Shown: in pieces, positions 42,751 to 51,659 of the stretch
Layout of the letters: each line of letters starts with the position of its first letter
How positions within the stretch are numbered: position 1 is the first letter of the stretch
Origin: an uncultured Candidatus Saccharibacteria bacterium
Lineage (GTDB): Bacteria; Patescibacteriota; Saccharimonadia; Saccharimonadales; AWTP1-31
DNA: 64,000 bases
Direction of reading: 5' to 3'
Assembly: GCA_964409615.1 (NCBI GenBank)
Contig: CAYPDT010000001.1
Location: 78,629-142,628 of the forward strand
The notes under the pieces: model-generated
What the model was told of the DNA's origin: nothing
Database searches by the model: none
What the model saw: the letters and a program-made list of their open reading frames with translations, nothing else
Program-made: the position numbers and the translations under genes

Positions 42751-45055
42751 AACTATCTACCTCGTGACCTGTGTCAGTTTTAAGCGTCAGTGTATGGGGA
42801 GAAACAGTGTCTAGATCGTTTGAGTACTGACCCGCTACCAATACGCTGGCATGCCCTGCCTTATAGCCCGCATCATCACGTAGCAGATATATGTCACCAT
42901 TTGCAGGGATGACCGAACCAGCCGGAATGGTGTAGTCGATGCCTTCCATGAGCCATCCGGAAATATCTACGGGCGTATTTGATGAGTTACTTAATTTAAC
43001 AAGCTCACTAGCGTTAGTACCGCTAGCTACCACCTGTGATATAGAGACAGAGTTTTGCTGCGTTAACGTCTGTGACAATGGTATCGCCCAATCATTGCGA
43101 TGTTCGGCTACAAGAGTATGCTTTTGTGACATTATCCCCGAGAGAACATCAAAGTTGGGTGTTCGACTAAACCCTGGCTGTGATGGCCACTTAGCTTGGT
43201 CCAAGACACTATCTGCACCGTACAATGTATTAAGTTGAGAAACTTTTGTATGGAGTTGATCGCTACTGTAGAACTTGTCTACGAGCGTCCGTAGTCTACG
43301 GTAGTATGCGGCCTTCAGTTCAGGCTGATCATAGATAGCCTGCAGGGCAGCCTTCTCGCCGAGGGACATGTACGGTGCCGAGTTATAAGGACTCACGATA
43401 TTAAGGGGATCAAGCTGATACAGCAAATCCAGATCCCACGCCAGGGGTGTCCAGCGTTCCGTATCATTACTGCGATACAAAAGCGTGTTGCTAAAGAGCG
43501 ATGAGTCATGACCCCGCAAGATGGCCATGATAGCCATATTGTTAATCATTGCCGGGACATCGTTCTCGTCGAGCGCATAGTTTCTGCGGGCAGGATCTTT
43601 CCTATCGAGCGTCATATGCGACTGCCAGAGATCACGATCTGCGGTATCTGAACCCATAACTATCTCATACCAGTCTTCGATAAGTGTTCCGTTATTGAAG
43701 CCTTTTTCCTGACGCCATTCTTTCTCATACTTCTCTGCAAAGATATAGGAGCCTTCAAACTGCCCGTTTCGTTGCAAACGTACCGCACTAATATCCGGCA
43801 CTGCTGCCCCTGACTGTTCAACTACCCACCATGCAGCCAAAGTACGACCAATACTTGCTGTGGCGTAATCACTGTTCAAATGGAACTCATCCAATTCACG
43901 GTTACTCCCACCTGCTAGATTTATCTTGTGACCAGTTGGTAGATTAAACTTAAAGGACTTTTTAGGGAAAGATCTTGAATACTCGCCCTTAATACGAACT
44001 CGGGAGTTATCAAAAATCTTGTCCCCGTATGCTACAACTGCAGGAAAGGTGACATTATCGTTAACATGGTTTGTCGTCATGTCCGTAAAGTCAGCATCGT
44101 CAATGTACCAGTTAATAATAGGCGCATTGGAGGTGACCGCTGGGTTCTTTACGGCGTAACCCAGGTAGTTAATCGAGTCGTCATTACCGGGATTTGTTTT
44201 AGTACCGTCCCCGTTCGTAGCCGATATCTTAAACCGTACGAGCGTCGATGCCACTTGCCCAGGAATCTCCGCCCCATATACTCCGTCGCTGGCAGCTCCG
44301 TCGCCACTATTGCCGTCATCGTTCATAGTAATGGTTTGCTCAGCATCAAAGTTAGTGCGATACACCAAATCTACGCTATCAGCGTCAGCTACATTTGCCG
44401 TCACCACAACTGCACTCGCCGGATCTATGTTGGATGGCTGCGAAACATTGGTGATAGTTGGCGTGTTGAGTAACATCTGACTATTTACTGCTCCTGGGGT
44501 GGGTGCGCCGAGGCTTGCTGCCCAGTTGGCCGGTGCGGTGTTGTCTAGATCTACGTCCTTTAATTCCAACGAGGGACCAGAACCGTCAGGACTAGTTGGC
44601 CACAGATCTCGATCTGAATACGTTACAGTACTAATGACGTTTCGAGTGGGGGTAGCATTATCGCTCAGTGTTACTGTTTCGCCGCTGTTAGATAGATTAC
44701 CGGTGTACTCTGCGATTGGCGTGACGCCTGCGTAGGTTCCTTGTGTAGCCGAGATACTAGGTGACACCACTACATAACCGTGTGACGGGATACTGTGCGA
44801 AGGCCCAAAACAAAGGGTAATACCAGCTGTAAAACACCAGCCATCAAGCTGTATTGTGCTTCCTGTCTTGTTGTATAACTCAAGATAGTCATCACTCGTG
44901 AGGTCAGAAGCAGCATGGTACATTATCTCGTTAATCACCACGTCATTAAGACTAGCCGCCTGGGCGTGACGCAGATTTAACGCAAAAGCAGCCCCCATAC
45001 TGAGAACTATGACCGCTGCAACTATAATGCCTACCGTACGTTTAATTTTAAACAT
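42740..45055 (-). CDS. CotH-family protein flanked by lamin-tail (LTD) domains
   Basis: ORF 42740..45097. Start set at MFKIKRTVG (signal/TM). LTD VVINEIMYHAASDLTSDDYLELYNKTGSTIQLDGWCF. CotH core RVRIKGEYSRSFPKKSFKFNL...LNSDYATASIGRTLAAWW...RLQRNGQFEGSYIFAEKYEK. C-terminal LTD-like LVKLSNSSNTPVDISGW. Confidence 0.7.
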   Translation of the reverse strand: MFKIKRTVGIIVAAVIVLSMGAAFALNLRHAQAASLNDVVINEIMYHAASDLTSDDYLELYNKTGSTIQLDGWCFTAGITLCFGPSHSIPSHGYVVVSPSISATQGTYAGVTPIAEYTGNLSNSGETVTLSDNATPTRNVISTVTYSDRDLWPTSPDGSGPSLELKDVDLDNTAPANWAASLGAPTPGAVNSQMLLNTPTITNVSQPSNIDPASAVVVTANVADADSVDLVYRTNFDAEQTITMNDDGNSGDGAASDGVYGAEIPGQVASTLVRFKISATNGDGTKTNPGNDDSINYLGYAVKNPAVTSNAPIINWYIDDADFTDMTTNHVNDNVTFPAVVAYGDKIFDNSRVRIKGEYSRSFPKKSFKFNLPTGHKINLAGGSNRELDEFHLNSDYATASIGRTLAAWWVVEQSGAAVPDISAVRLQRNGQFEGSYIFAEKYEKEWRQEKGFNNGTLIEDWYEIVMGSDTADRDLWQSHMTLDRKDPARRNYALDENDVPAMINNMAIMAILRGHDSSLFSNTLLYRSNDTERWTPLAWDLDLLYQLDPLNIVSPYNSAPYMSLGEKAALQAIYDQPELKAAYYRRLRTLVDKFYSSDQLHTKVSQLNTLYGADSVLDQAKWPSQPGFSRTPNFDVLSGIMSQKHTLVAEHRNDWAIPLSQTLTQQNSVSISQVVASGTNASELVKLSNSSNTPVDISGWLMEGIDYTIPAGSVIPANGDIYLLRDDAGYKAGHASVLVAGQYSNDLDTVSPHTLTLKTDTGHEVDSYDY

Positions 45056-45233
45056 GTGTGTTTCTCCGAACCAGCCTAAATAGCTTATGCCTACCAAGTA
45101 TACTATACATTCAACAGATTTATAATCTATACACCTAACTCACTCTGGGATTCAGTACAGGTACCTTACATTTGGATCTCCTGGTACGCTTTAGTTCGAA
45201 GATGCATAAGCGTATACTTGCAGTAGAATTCTT

Positions 45234-45785
45234 ATGAAAAAAAAGACCCCCTTCCAGCGTCAACGCACTAAACGACGCGTCCGGCAGTTATCGCAGCTGT
45301 TTGTGGTGCTCAGTATGATGACGGTAGGGGTTTATATCCTGGGCAACAGCTTTGCCGAGGTACCGTCCCAATCCTACTATGCTGCTCCCACTGGTACGGC
45401 CGCCGGTGATGGTTCTCTTGAGAAGCCATGGGATCTAAAAACAGCACTACTCAACAAGACGGTGATTAACCCGGGCGATAATCTCTGGCTCCGTGCGGGC
45501 ACGTATGGGACAGGTGCCAAAACTACTTTCGTTGATGATCTGAACGGTAGCCGAGAACAGCCGATCACGATTCGTAATTATAACAATGAACGGGCGACTA
45601 TCGATGGCAATATTACGGTCAATGGTAATTACAATCGATTATGGGGGCTTGAAGTCACCAATTCGTTCCTTGAGCGTAATACTACACTCGGTGAAAGAGT
45701 GGGTGGACTGACGCTGTATGGCAAAGGAGGATATGTTGGCAGGATCTTTGGTTGGCAACATAGGCGAAGGCAAAGCTCCGCTTAA
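45234..45785 (+). pseudogene. Right-handed beta-helix protein, N-terminal fragment only (3'-truncated near 45720)
   Basis: Signal-anchor, then YYAAPTGTAAGDGSLEKPWDLKTAL...PGDNLWLRAGTY...ITIRNYNNERATIDGNITVNG. The ORF then degenerates (GRIFGWQHRRRQSSA*), exactly where an amidase frame begins. Confidence 0.5.
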
Positions 45786-46668
45786 TTCACTCTATCCAGA
45801 TAGATTTACGGGCGGCTCATCTTCAGGTTCAGCATCGGCAGTCGCAGGAGATCTAGTGGATTTTGCCATTGGAACAGATACTGCTGGCTCTGTCCGTGTA
45901 CCAGCAGCGGCATGCGGGTTATACGGTATACGACCTACCTACGGGGATATAGGTACAGAGGGCGTGTTGCCGTGGGGTGCTTCCTTTGATACGGTCGGTA
46001 TTCTGTCTAAAGACCTAGGGCTAGTTCGAGATGTCTATAAAATACTCAGCGAGAACTCATTACAGACCAATGAGATTACAAAAATTCTGCTTCCAAGAGA
46101 TTGTCTTGAACAGGTAAGTCCTGAGACTGCAGAAGCAGTGACACTATTTGCTAATGAACTTGCTGAAAAACACAATATTAAACTCGAAGAAATTGATTTT
46201 GCTGAGTATGTTAGTCAGGATACCGCTGATTTGTTCGGTCGAATGGCTGGTCGAGATAATTGGAATGCACACGGTGAATGGATAAAAGCTAATTGGGATT
46301 CCCTTGCAGCCGATCTACAGACTAGGATGGAAGGCGCAGAGCAGTTCGCTGCCGACACTCAAGATAAAATTGATTCCGATAAGCAAGCTCGTGAGAACTT
46401 TACCGAGTCGGTTAGCCAGATAGTGAGTAGCGGCACAATACTTGTTATACCCGTTTTATATGACTTACCTCCAAAGCGCGATGCATCACCCGACGAACTC
46501 TTTAACTACAGAAAGATGGCCGTAAGATTAAATGCCGTAAGCGGACTGAGTGGTTTACCGGAAGTAGTTGTGCCAGTGCTTAATAAAAGTAATGACTTAA
46601 CTTATGGTGTGGGCTTAATAGGCTCAAAAAATTCAGAACTAGATATATTAGAATTTCTAATTAACTAA
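45718..46668 (+). pseudogene. Amidase-signature family enzyme (GatA-like), lacking about 130-150 N-terminal residues
   Basis: GGSSSGSASAVAGDLVDFAIGTDTAGSVRVPAAACGLYGIRPTYG is the AS-family signature. Normal members carry a long N-terminal region before it. Here the frame opens only about 30 codons upstream. Confidence 0.65.
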
Positions 46669-46698
46669 GTTGCCCATCGTTTTTGCTATAGTTAGATT

Positions 46699-47349
46699 AT
46701 GACAACTGAGGATGCCTACAAGTTATTTAGAACACCAAAAAACCTCCAGCAGCATATGTTGACCGTAACAGGCTTAATTTGTGCAGTTCAAGAACATTGG
46801 AGCGGTGATGACATAGACTGGGATGGCTTGATTAGAGCTGGGTTGCTACACGACCTTGGTAATGTTATTAAGTTTGATTTAGATAAATTTCCTCAGCTAC
46901 TTGGCGATGAACTGCCCCGAATTGAGTTCTGGAGAGAAGAACAAAAACGTCTAATAGCTAAGTATGGAAATGACGACCATGCTGCAACGGGTAAGATGCT
47001 CGACGAGCTTGGAGTAGATTCCAAGATCAAAGAAACTATACAGGCAAAGTCATTTGGAAACATACGGAAAACTGCATCATCCAGCAATTGGCTACCAAAG
47101 ATACTTCAATACTGCGACCTCAGAACATCACCACATGGGCTTATGACACTCGACGAACGAGTAAGTGATATTGAGGAGCGTTACGACAAATATGCTGGCA
47201 GATCAGATTTTCCTGAAATGATAGCAGCTGCTAAGTCTATAGAAAGCGAAATCGAACAATCCATAGATACTGACTTGGAGCAGATCATAACTAACGACAG
47301 TGCGGCTAAATTCAAGAACAAGCTGCTTACGTATCAAGTTCAGCTCTAA
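46699..47349 (+). CDS. HD-domain phosphohydrolase
   Basis: 216 aa. H...HD motif (QQHMLTV...GLLHDLGNVIKF) and downstream conserved D/H positions. Confidence 0.7.
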   Translation: MTTEDAYKLFRTPKNLQQHMLTVTGLICAVQEHWSGDDIDWDGLIRAGLLHDLGNVIKFDLDKFPQLLGDELPRIEFWREEQKRLIAKYGNDDHAATGKMLDELGVDSKIKETIQAKSFGNIRKTASSSNWLPKILQYCDLRTSPHGLMTLDERVSDIEERYDKYAGRSDFPEMIAAAKSIESEIEQSIDTDLEQIITNDSAAKFKNKLLTYQVQL

Positions 47350-47518
47350 GCTTCTCTAATAGCTCTGGATTACTGTGTGCCATGCCATGAAAACCCGCAC
47401 GCAGATCTTCAAGCAAAGAGATTGCCATTTCACGAGTCGCATTCTCTGGGTCATGAGCCTGTAAGTAGCGCATTACACTCTCTATGTCTTTTTCGTTGAT
47501 CTCATATTTCTTAGTCAT
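47327..47518 (-). CDS. Small helical partner protein of PLD-like nuclease (copy 2)
   Basis: 63 aa, homologous to 6002..6229, located 17 nt downstream of PLD copy 2. Confidence 0.5.
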   Translation of the reverse strand: MTKKYEINEKDIESVMRYLQAHDPENATREMAISLLEDLRAGFHGMAHSNPELLEKLRAELDT

Positions 47519-47535
47519 AATTACTCCTTACTATA

Positions 47536-48033
47536 TCACCAATAGAACCTCTTTAACCCCAAGAACCGTACCATCTGCTTCGTCAGCTCCTCCGATTCAA
47601 TTCGCCTCATAATCTCAGCGCTATTGCTTTGAGAGAGAATATTGAGGCTGCCCTCATATAATATTCGTCCGTCTAAGACAGCTATTTTGCGGTGATGGTA
47701 GTTACTAAAGAACCTTACCTTAACGCCAATACTTCTAAGAGACTTGGTGGCTACCCACGCTTGAATTCGTAGTTGCTCGTCATGGTGACCAGGAAAGCGT
47801 GTATTAACCCTCACCCTAACGCCACGTTTAACCAACTTTCTTAAAGTAGGAGCTAGTGCATTAACTCTAGTGACTGTCATATAAGGACTTTCAATGATCA
47901 CCTCTGTGTGACAGCGCTTTAAATCTCGCAAAAAAGTTGGATAGAAGCCTTTCTCGTTATACAATGTTGATGTTAGCAAGTCGGATGGAGACGGGGGTCG
48001 TCGCAAAAACCTAAACATGACTATCCTCCCCAT
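47536..48033 (-). CDS. Single-HKD phospholipase D / Nuc-like nuclease family protein (copy 2)
   Basis: 165 aa. HHRKIAVLDGRILYEGSLNILSQSNSAEIMRR. Collinear with copy 1 over its whole length. Confidence 0.75.
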   Translation of the reverse strand: MGRIVMFRFLRRPPSPSDLLTSTLYNEKGFYPTFLRDLKRCHTEVIIESPYMTVTRVNALAPTLRKLVKRGVRVRVNTRFPGHHDEQLRIQAWVATKSLRSIGVKVRFFSNYHHRKIAVLDGRILYEGSLNILSQSNSAEIMRRIESEELTKQMVRFLGLKRFYW

Positions 48034-48200
48034 CCAAGTACATTACCTTACCATTTTGGTAAACAACACCCAGCGCTTCTATTTTGGATTGTAGCAAATA
48101 TATGTCCTGCATAAGTGGTTCAAATAACAATCCAGTGAGCGCACCAAGTATAATGTCCAGCTACGGTTGGATTTTTTATTTTCGTTCATTACAGCTCAGA

Positions 48201-48656
48201 CTAGTTCGGAGCGTCAGCTGTTTGGCTGATTGCCACCTTGGCCACCGCAATACCTCGTGCAACATCGAGTAATTCTTGATGCTCGGCTAAAGCTTGGTCT
48301 GGTATGAATTCAGTGAAGACAAGTTGGTCAACAACCTTGATAAACGTCTTACGAGCTGCTTCGAGTTCGCCCTGAGTCATTGAACTCCGAACATCCAAGT
48401 ATCTAAAGAAGGTACGCGTCACTAATGAACCATCAGTGAAGTCTGCTGGCAAATCAAAATCCCGAGCACGAGCCATGTGGACGGGGTCTTCGACCGTAAC
48501 ATCAAGAGGGCTCCAACCTAACAACGTTGGTTCCTCTACTTGGCCTGCCGCTATAGTGCTGGTGCGCCATTCTTTCTTAAGTGATTGTTCAAGTCTGCCT
48601 ACATTAACAGGCTGACGACTACGGAAGCCTGATTTCGGCACTTGTTTTTTAGTCAT
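48201..48656 (-). CDS. Hypothetical protein
   Basis: 151-aa ORF; no motif recognised. Confidence 0.4.
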   Translation of the reverse strand: MTKKQVPKSGFRSRQPVNVGRLEQSLKKEWRTSTIAAGQVEEPTLLGWSPLDVTVEDPVHMARARDFDLPADFTDGSLVTRTFFRYLDVRSSMTQGELEAARKTFIKVVDQLVFTEFIPDQALAEHQELLDVARGIAVAKVAISQTADAPN

Positions 48657-48726
48657 ATATACATATTGTACAATGTTTTTTGTTTTTTTGCCACACTTAT
48701 GGTACGATTGGTCCTAGTCTTTATCT

Positions 48727-49428
48727 ATGAAAATCATCGAATCTTCACCCCCACCAATTATTGGTTTTGCCGAAATTGACCCTCGACTGCAGTTTCACGG
48801 CAACTACTCATTTGACAGTGTTGCTGGCGTTGCAGAACTTGGAGAGGTACTAGCCAAAAAAACCGTGCATATTGATTGGGTTGAGGTCACTGAAGCAATC
48901 GCGCCGGTTTGGAGGCAAGCGGAAGCAGATTTTAGAAATCTCTACAATTTAGCCGATGACGTCGTCTTACGACATAGCTTGCGGGTTCGACCAGATAGCA
49001 TGCAAGATGTTAGCCCCCCCATCTATGGACCGACCTTGCGTGAGTTGATGGGATTTCCAAAACGTACTCACTCCCGCCCTGGGGGCGCGCACATTGATGT
49101 GAATGTACTGGCACATCCTGGTAGGGCACGATATACCTATGCAAGCTCTGCATCTACCGAGTTCTTTTTAGGGAAGCGCTGGATTATACCGTTTAACCCC
49201 GATACTGGTGTAGAGTCTCCACGCATTGCTTCTGTACTGATGGAGACCCTGGCTAACAGTCTCTTCATATTGCCACAACTGAGACATTCTATGTATTATC
49301 AGCCGCAGCCAGGGTCAATCGTTCGTGTTGGAACTCAAGTCCACCGAAAGCCAAGCCGAGCATATAGCGGCCCTGAAGCTGGGATTCTTATCGTTAACGA
49401 TATAGGCGTTAAGAGAGCACCTAAATAA
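48727..49428 (+). CDS. Hypothetical protein
   Basis: 233-aa ORF; no motif recognised. Confidence 0.4.
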   Translation: MKIIESSPPPIIGFAEIDPRLQFHGNYSFDSVAGVAELGEVLAKKTVHIDWVEVTEAIAPVWRQAEADFRNLYNLADDVVLRHSLRVRPDSMQDVSPPIYGPTLRELMGFPKRTHSRPGGAHIDVNVLAHPGRARYTYASSASTEFFLGKRWIIPFNPDTGVESPRIASVLMETLANSLFILPQLRHSMYYQPQPGSIVRVGTQVHRKPSRAYSGPEAGILIVNDIGVKRAPK

Positions 49429-49437
49429 GTACGCACC

Positions 49438-51075
49438 CTAAGTGCGGGGTAAATGGTGCGCCAGGTGCTCCATGGAGTACTCATGGCGCAGTAGTGGCTT
49501 AATGTCATCTAGGGTGACATCTATTTTGACTCCAGGGTTGAGCGTGCCGTACGGGTCAAAAATAAGTTTGAGCTTTTGGAATACGCCGTACATAGCATCA
49601 CCGTAGAGCTTGCTCAAGTAAGGTGCTCGCAAGCGGCCGTCACCATGCTCACCGCTCGTGCTACCACCAAGGCTAATTACCATATTGTAGTATTCGTCGA
49701 TAATCTTGAAGACTTTTTGGCGATCGCCAATTTGACTGAGATCCAAGAAAGGTTGCATGTGTAAATTAGCATTTCCAGCATGTCCCCACAGGGCAACTTG
49801 TAAATTATAGCGATTGAAGAGCTCGTAAGCCTGCGTAATGTACTCTTGGAACTTCTCTACCGGTACGATACCGTCTTCTATAATTGGTATCGCTTTTGTG
49901 TTGCCCTCAGAGTGTGCAGCAACAGCAGCAGCACTATGACGAATTTTCCAGAGTCGCTCTTTTTCAATCTCTTCAGTTTCTAGGCGATACTGGATTTGTG
50001 ACTTAGTTAGAATTTTAGTAACTTTTTTGGCCATGCGTTTTTGCAAACGGATGTTTGCATCGTCAAACTCAATCAAGACAATCATCTTATGGAATGGCTT
50101 CTCTACAATTCCCTTCAGCTGATTAGGGCTGTGTACATCAATAAATTTTAGAAGATTTTCGTCAACCATTTCCATGGCGCTTGGGCTGTCTGATAATGAC
50201 CGAATTTCGGCCAAGACCTGTTCGGCAACTGATAGGTCATCGAAGAAAGCTGCAATAAGAGTTGTTTCTGGATTGTAGGCCACTGTCTTGATAGTCGCTT
50301 CGGTAACGATACCTAATGTTCCCTGAGAACCAACAATAAGCGGAGTTAGGTCAAAGGAGCCGTCTTTGCGTTTTACGTCGGCGAGCGCATAGCCAGCCGA
50401 ATTTTTACTGACGTGGAGTTTTGCATCGTTAATGGTTGCTTTCTTTTCCTCGATGAGCGCATCTACTGCTCGGTACAGCTCGCCCTCGAAGTTGGTCAAG
50501 CCCATCTTTTTGCTGAGTTCACGCTTGCTGAGTCGACGAGTTTCGATGACTTCACCATTAGCCAAAACAACTCGGAGAGTTTTTACGTAATCACGTGTAA
50601 CTCCATACTTCATGCTCTTTTCACCCGCAGCATTGTTGGCAATTGCACCACCAACCGTGCTGTACTCAATAGATGAAGGGAATGGCGGCAAGAAACGACC
50701 GTGGGTGTGCAACGTCTGCTGCAACTTACCATATGTTAAGCCTGGCTCTATAACCACATCACCAGTCTTACCATCGAGCTCTAAAATTCGGTTCATGTGT
50801 GCTGGGAAGACCATAAGCACGCCACTACCAACAGCGGCACCCGCTTGGTCGGTGCCAAGCCCGCGAGCAGTTATTGGGATTACCCGACCGCGTTCGGCAA
50901 GCTGCCACGTAAATCGTGCCGTTTTACGCACATCACTTTCGTTACGCGGATACACTACCAGCGAAGGTGTGACTGCGAAGACACTACCATCTGTTGAAAA
51001 ATACTTCCGAATCGCTGGAGTTGCGGTAACTTCTCCATGTAAATGTTCTTGTAAATACTGCGCGACTTTGCTCAT
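49438..51075 (-). CDS. FAD-linked oxidase (GlcD / D-lactate dehydrogenase-like)
   Basis: 545 aa. FAD_binding_4 pattern VVYPRNESDVRKTARF...ITARGLGTDQAGAAVG...LMVF and the C-terminal FAD-oxidase domain GGSTSGEHGDGRLR. Confidence 0.85.
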   Translation of the reverse strand: MSKVAQYLQEHLHGEVTATPAIRKYFSTDGSVFAVTPSLVVYPRNESDVRKTARFTWQLAERGRVIPITARGLGTDQAGAAVGSGVLMVFPAHMNRILELDGKTGDVVIEPGLTYGKLQQTLHTHGRFLPPFPSSIEYSTVGGAIANNAAGEKSMKYGVTRDYVKTLRVVLANGEVIETRRLSKRELSKKMGLTNFEGELYRAVDALIEEKKATINDAKLHVSKNSAGYALADVKRKDGSFDLTPLIVGSQGTLGIVTEATIKTVAYNPETTLIAAFFDDLSVAEQVLAEIRSLSDSPSAMEMVDENLLKFIDVHSPNQLKGIVEKPFHKMIVLIEFDDANIRLQKRMAKKVTKILTKSQIQYRLETEEIEKERLWKIRHSAAAVAAHSEGNTKAIPIIEDGIVPVEKFQEYITQAYELFNRYNLQVALWGHAGNANLHMQPFLDLSQIGDRQKVFKIIDEYYNMVISLGGSTSGEHGDGRLRAPYLSKLYGDAMYGVFQKLKLIFDPYGTLNPGVKIDVTLDDIKPLLRHEYSMEHLAHHLPRT

Positions 51076-51173
51076 GGCCCCTCTTATGTATAGGAAAGCT
51101 TAACTGTTTTTCTTTCATTCATAATAGCACAAACTAGTGCTCTGTCGGTATTCAATTCCAGATAAAATAATAC

Positions 51174-51659
51174 CTATTTTACGGAGTCAGCAGATAGTGT
51201 TGCACCGTGTTTAACAAGTGCGCCGGTAATGGCATTGCGTATGCTAAGGACATTTTCCATACCGAACAAACGATAGCCGGTATAAAACCACATGTACTGA
51301 AAACTGTACGGCTGAACCTCAATGAGGGTCTCTGCTGTTCGAATCTGGATGCGAGCCCAGTTGATCGCACCACCCTGGCGAACAGACGCCTGCTTAAGAT
51401 TAATCACTTCTTGCCTGCCCTTGTTTACAAAATCTATGGTTGCCGTACTGCCCTGCAATGTTAGTACTGCCTTGCTATTGATGGCCAGCTTGCCCGAAGA
51501 TTGCACCGAGGCATAGCAATTAATTACTGGGTTGGGCTGGTTGCAGGCTTCGGTAATTGCCTGCACCTTCTTTTTATCGCGAACGTATTGATATACCGAA
51601 CTCACAACGGCTAGAACTATCAATATTGGTGGAATATAACTTGTTATGTTTGTGCTCAT
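51174..51659 (-). CDS. Hypothetical N-terminally anchored protein (last gene of a 4-gene unknown operon)
   Basis: 161 aa. TM IPPILIVLAVVSSVY. Start overlaps the upstream stop by 4 nt. Confidence 0.45.
   Translation of the reverse strand: MSTNITSYIPPILIVLAVVSSVYQYVRDKKKVQAITEACNQPNPVINCYASVQSSGKLAINSKAVLTLQGSTATIDFVNKGRQEVINLKQASVRQGGAINWARIQIRTAETLIEVQPYSFQYMWFYTGYRLFGMENVLSIRNAITGALVKHGATLSADSVK

Noticed and set aside
48080-48190. Short minus-strand ORF upstream of PLD copy 2 (MNENKKSNRSWTLYLVRSLD...) vaguely like the start of a GIY-YIG domain
   Set aside because: It runs only 37 codons before a stop. The similarity is a few residues, and continuing it requires a frameshift. There is not enough evidence for a call.
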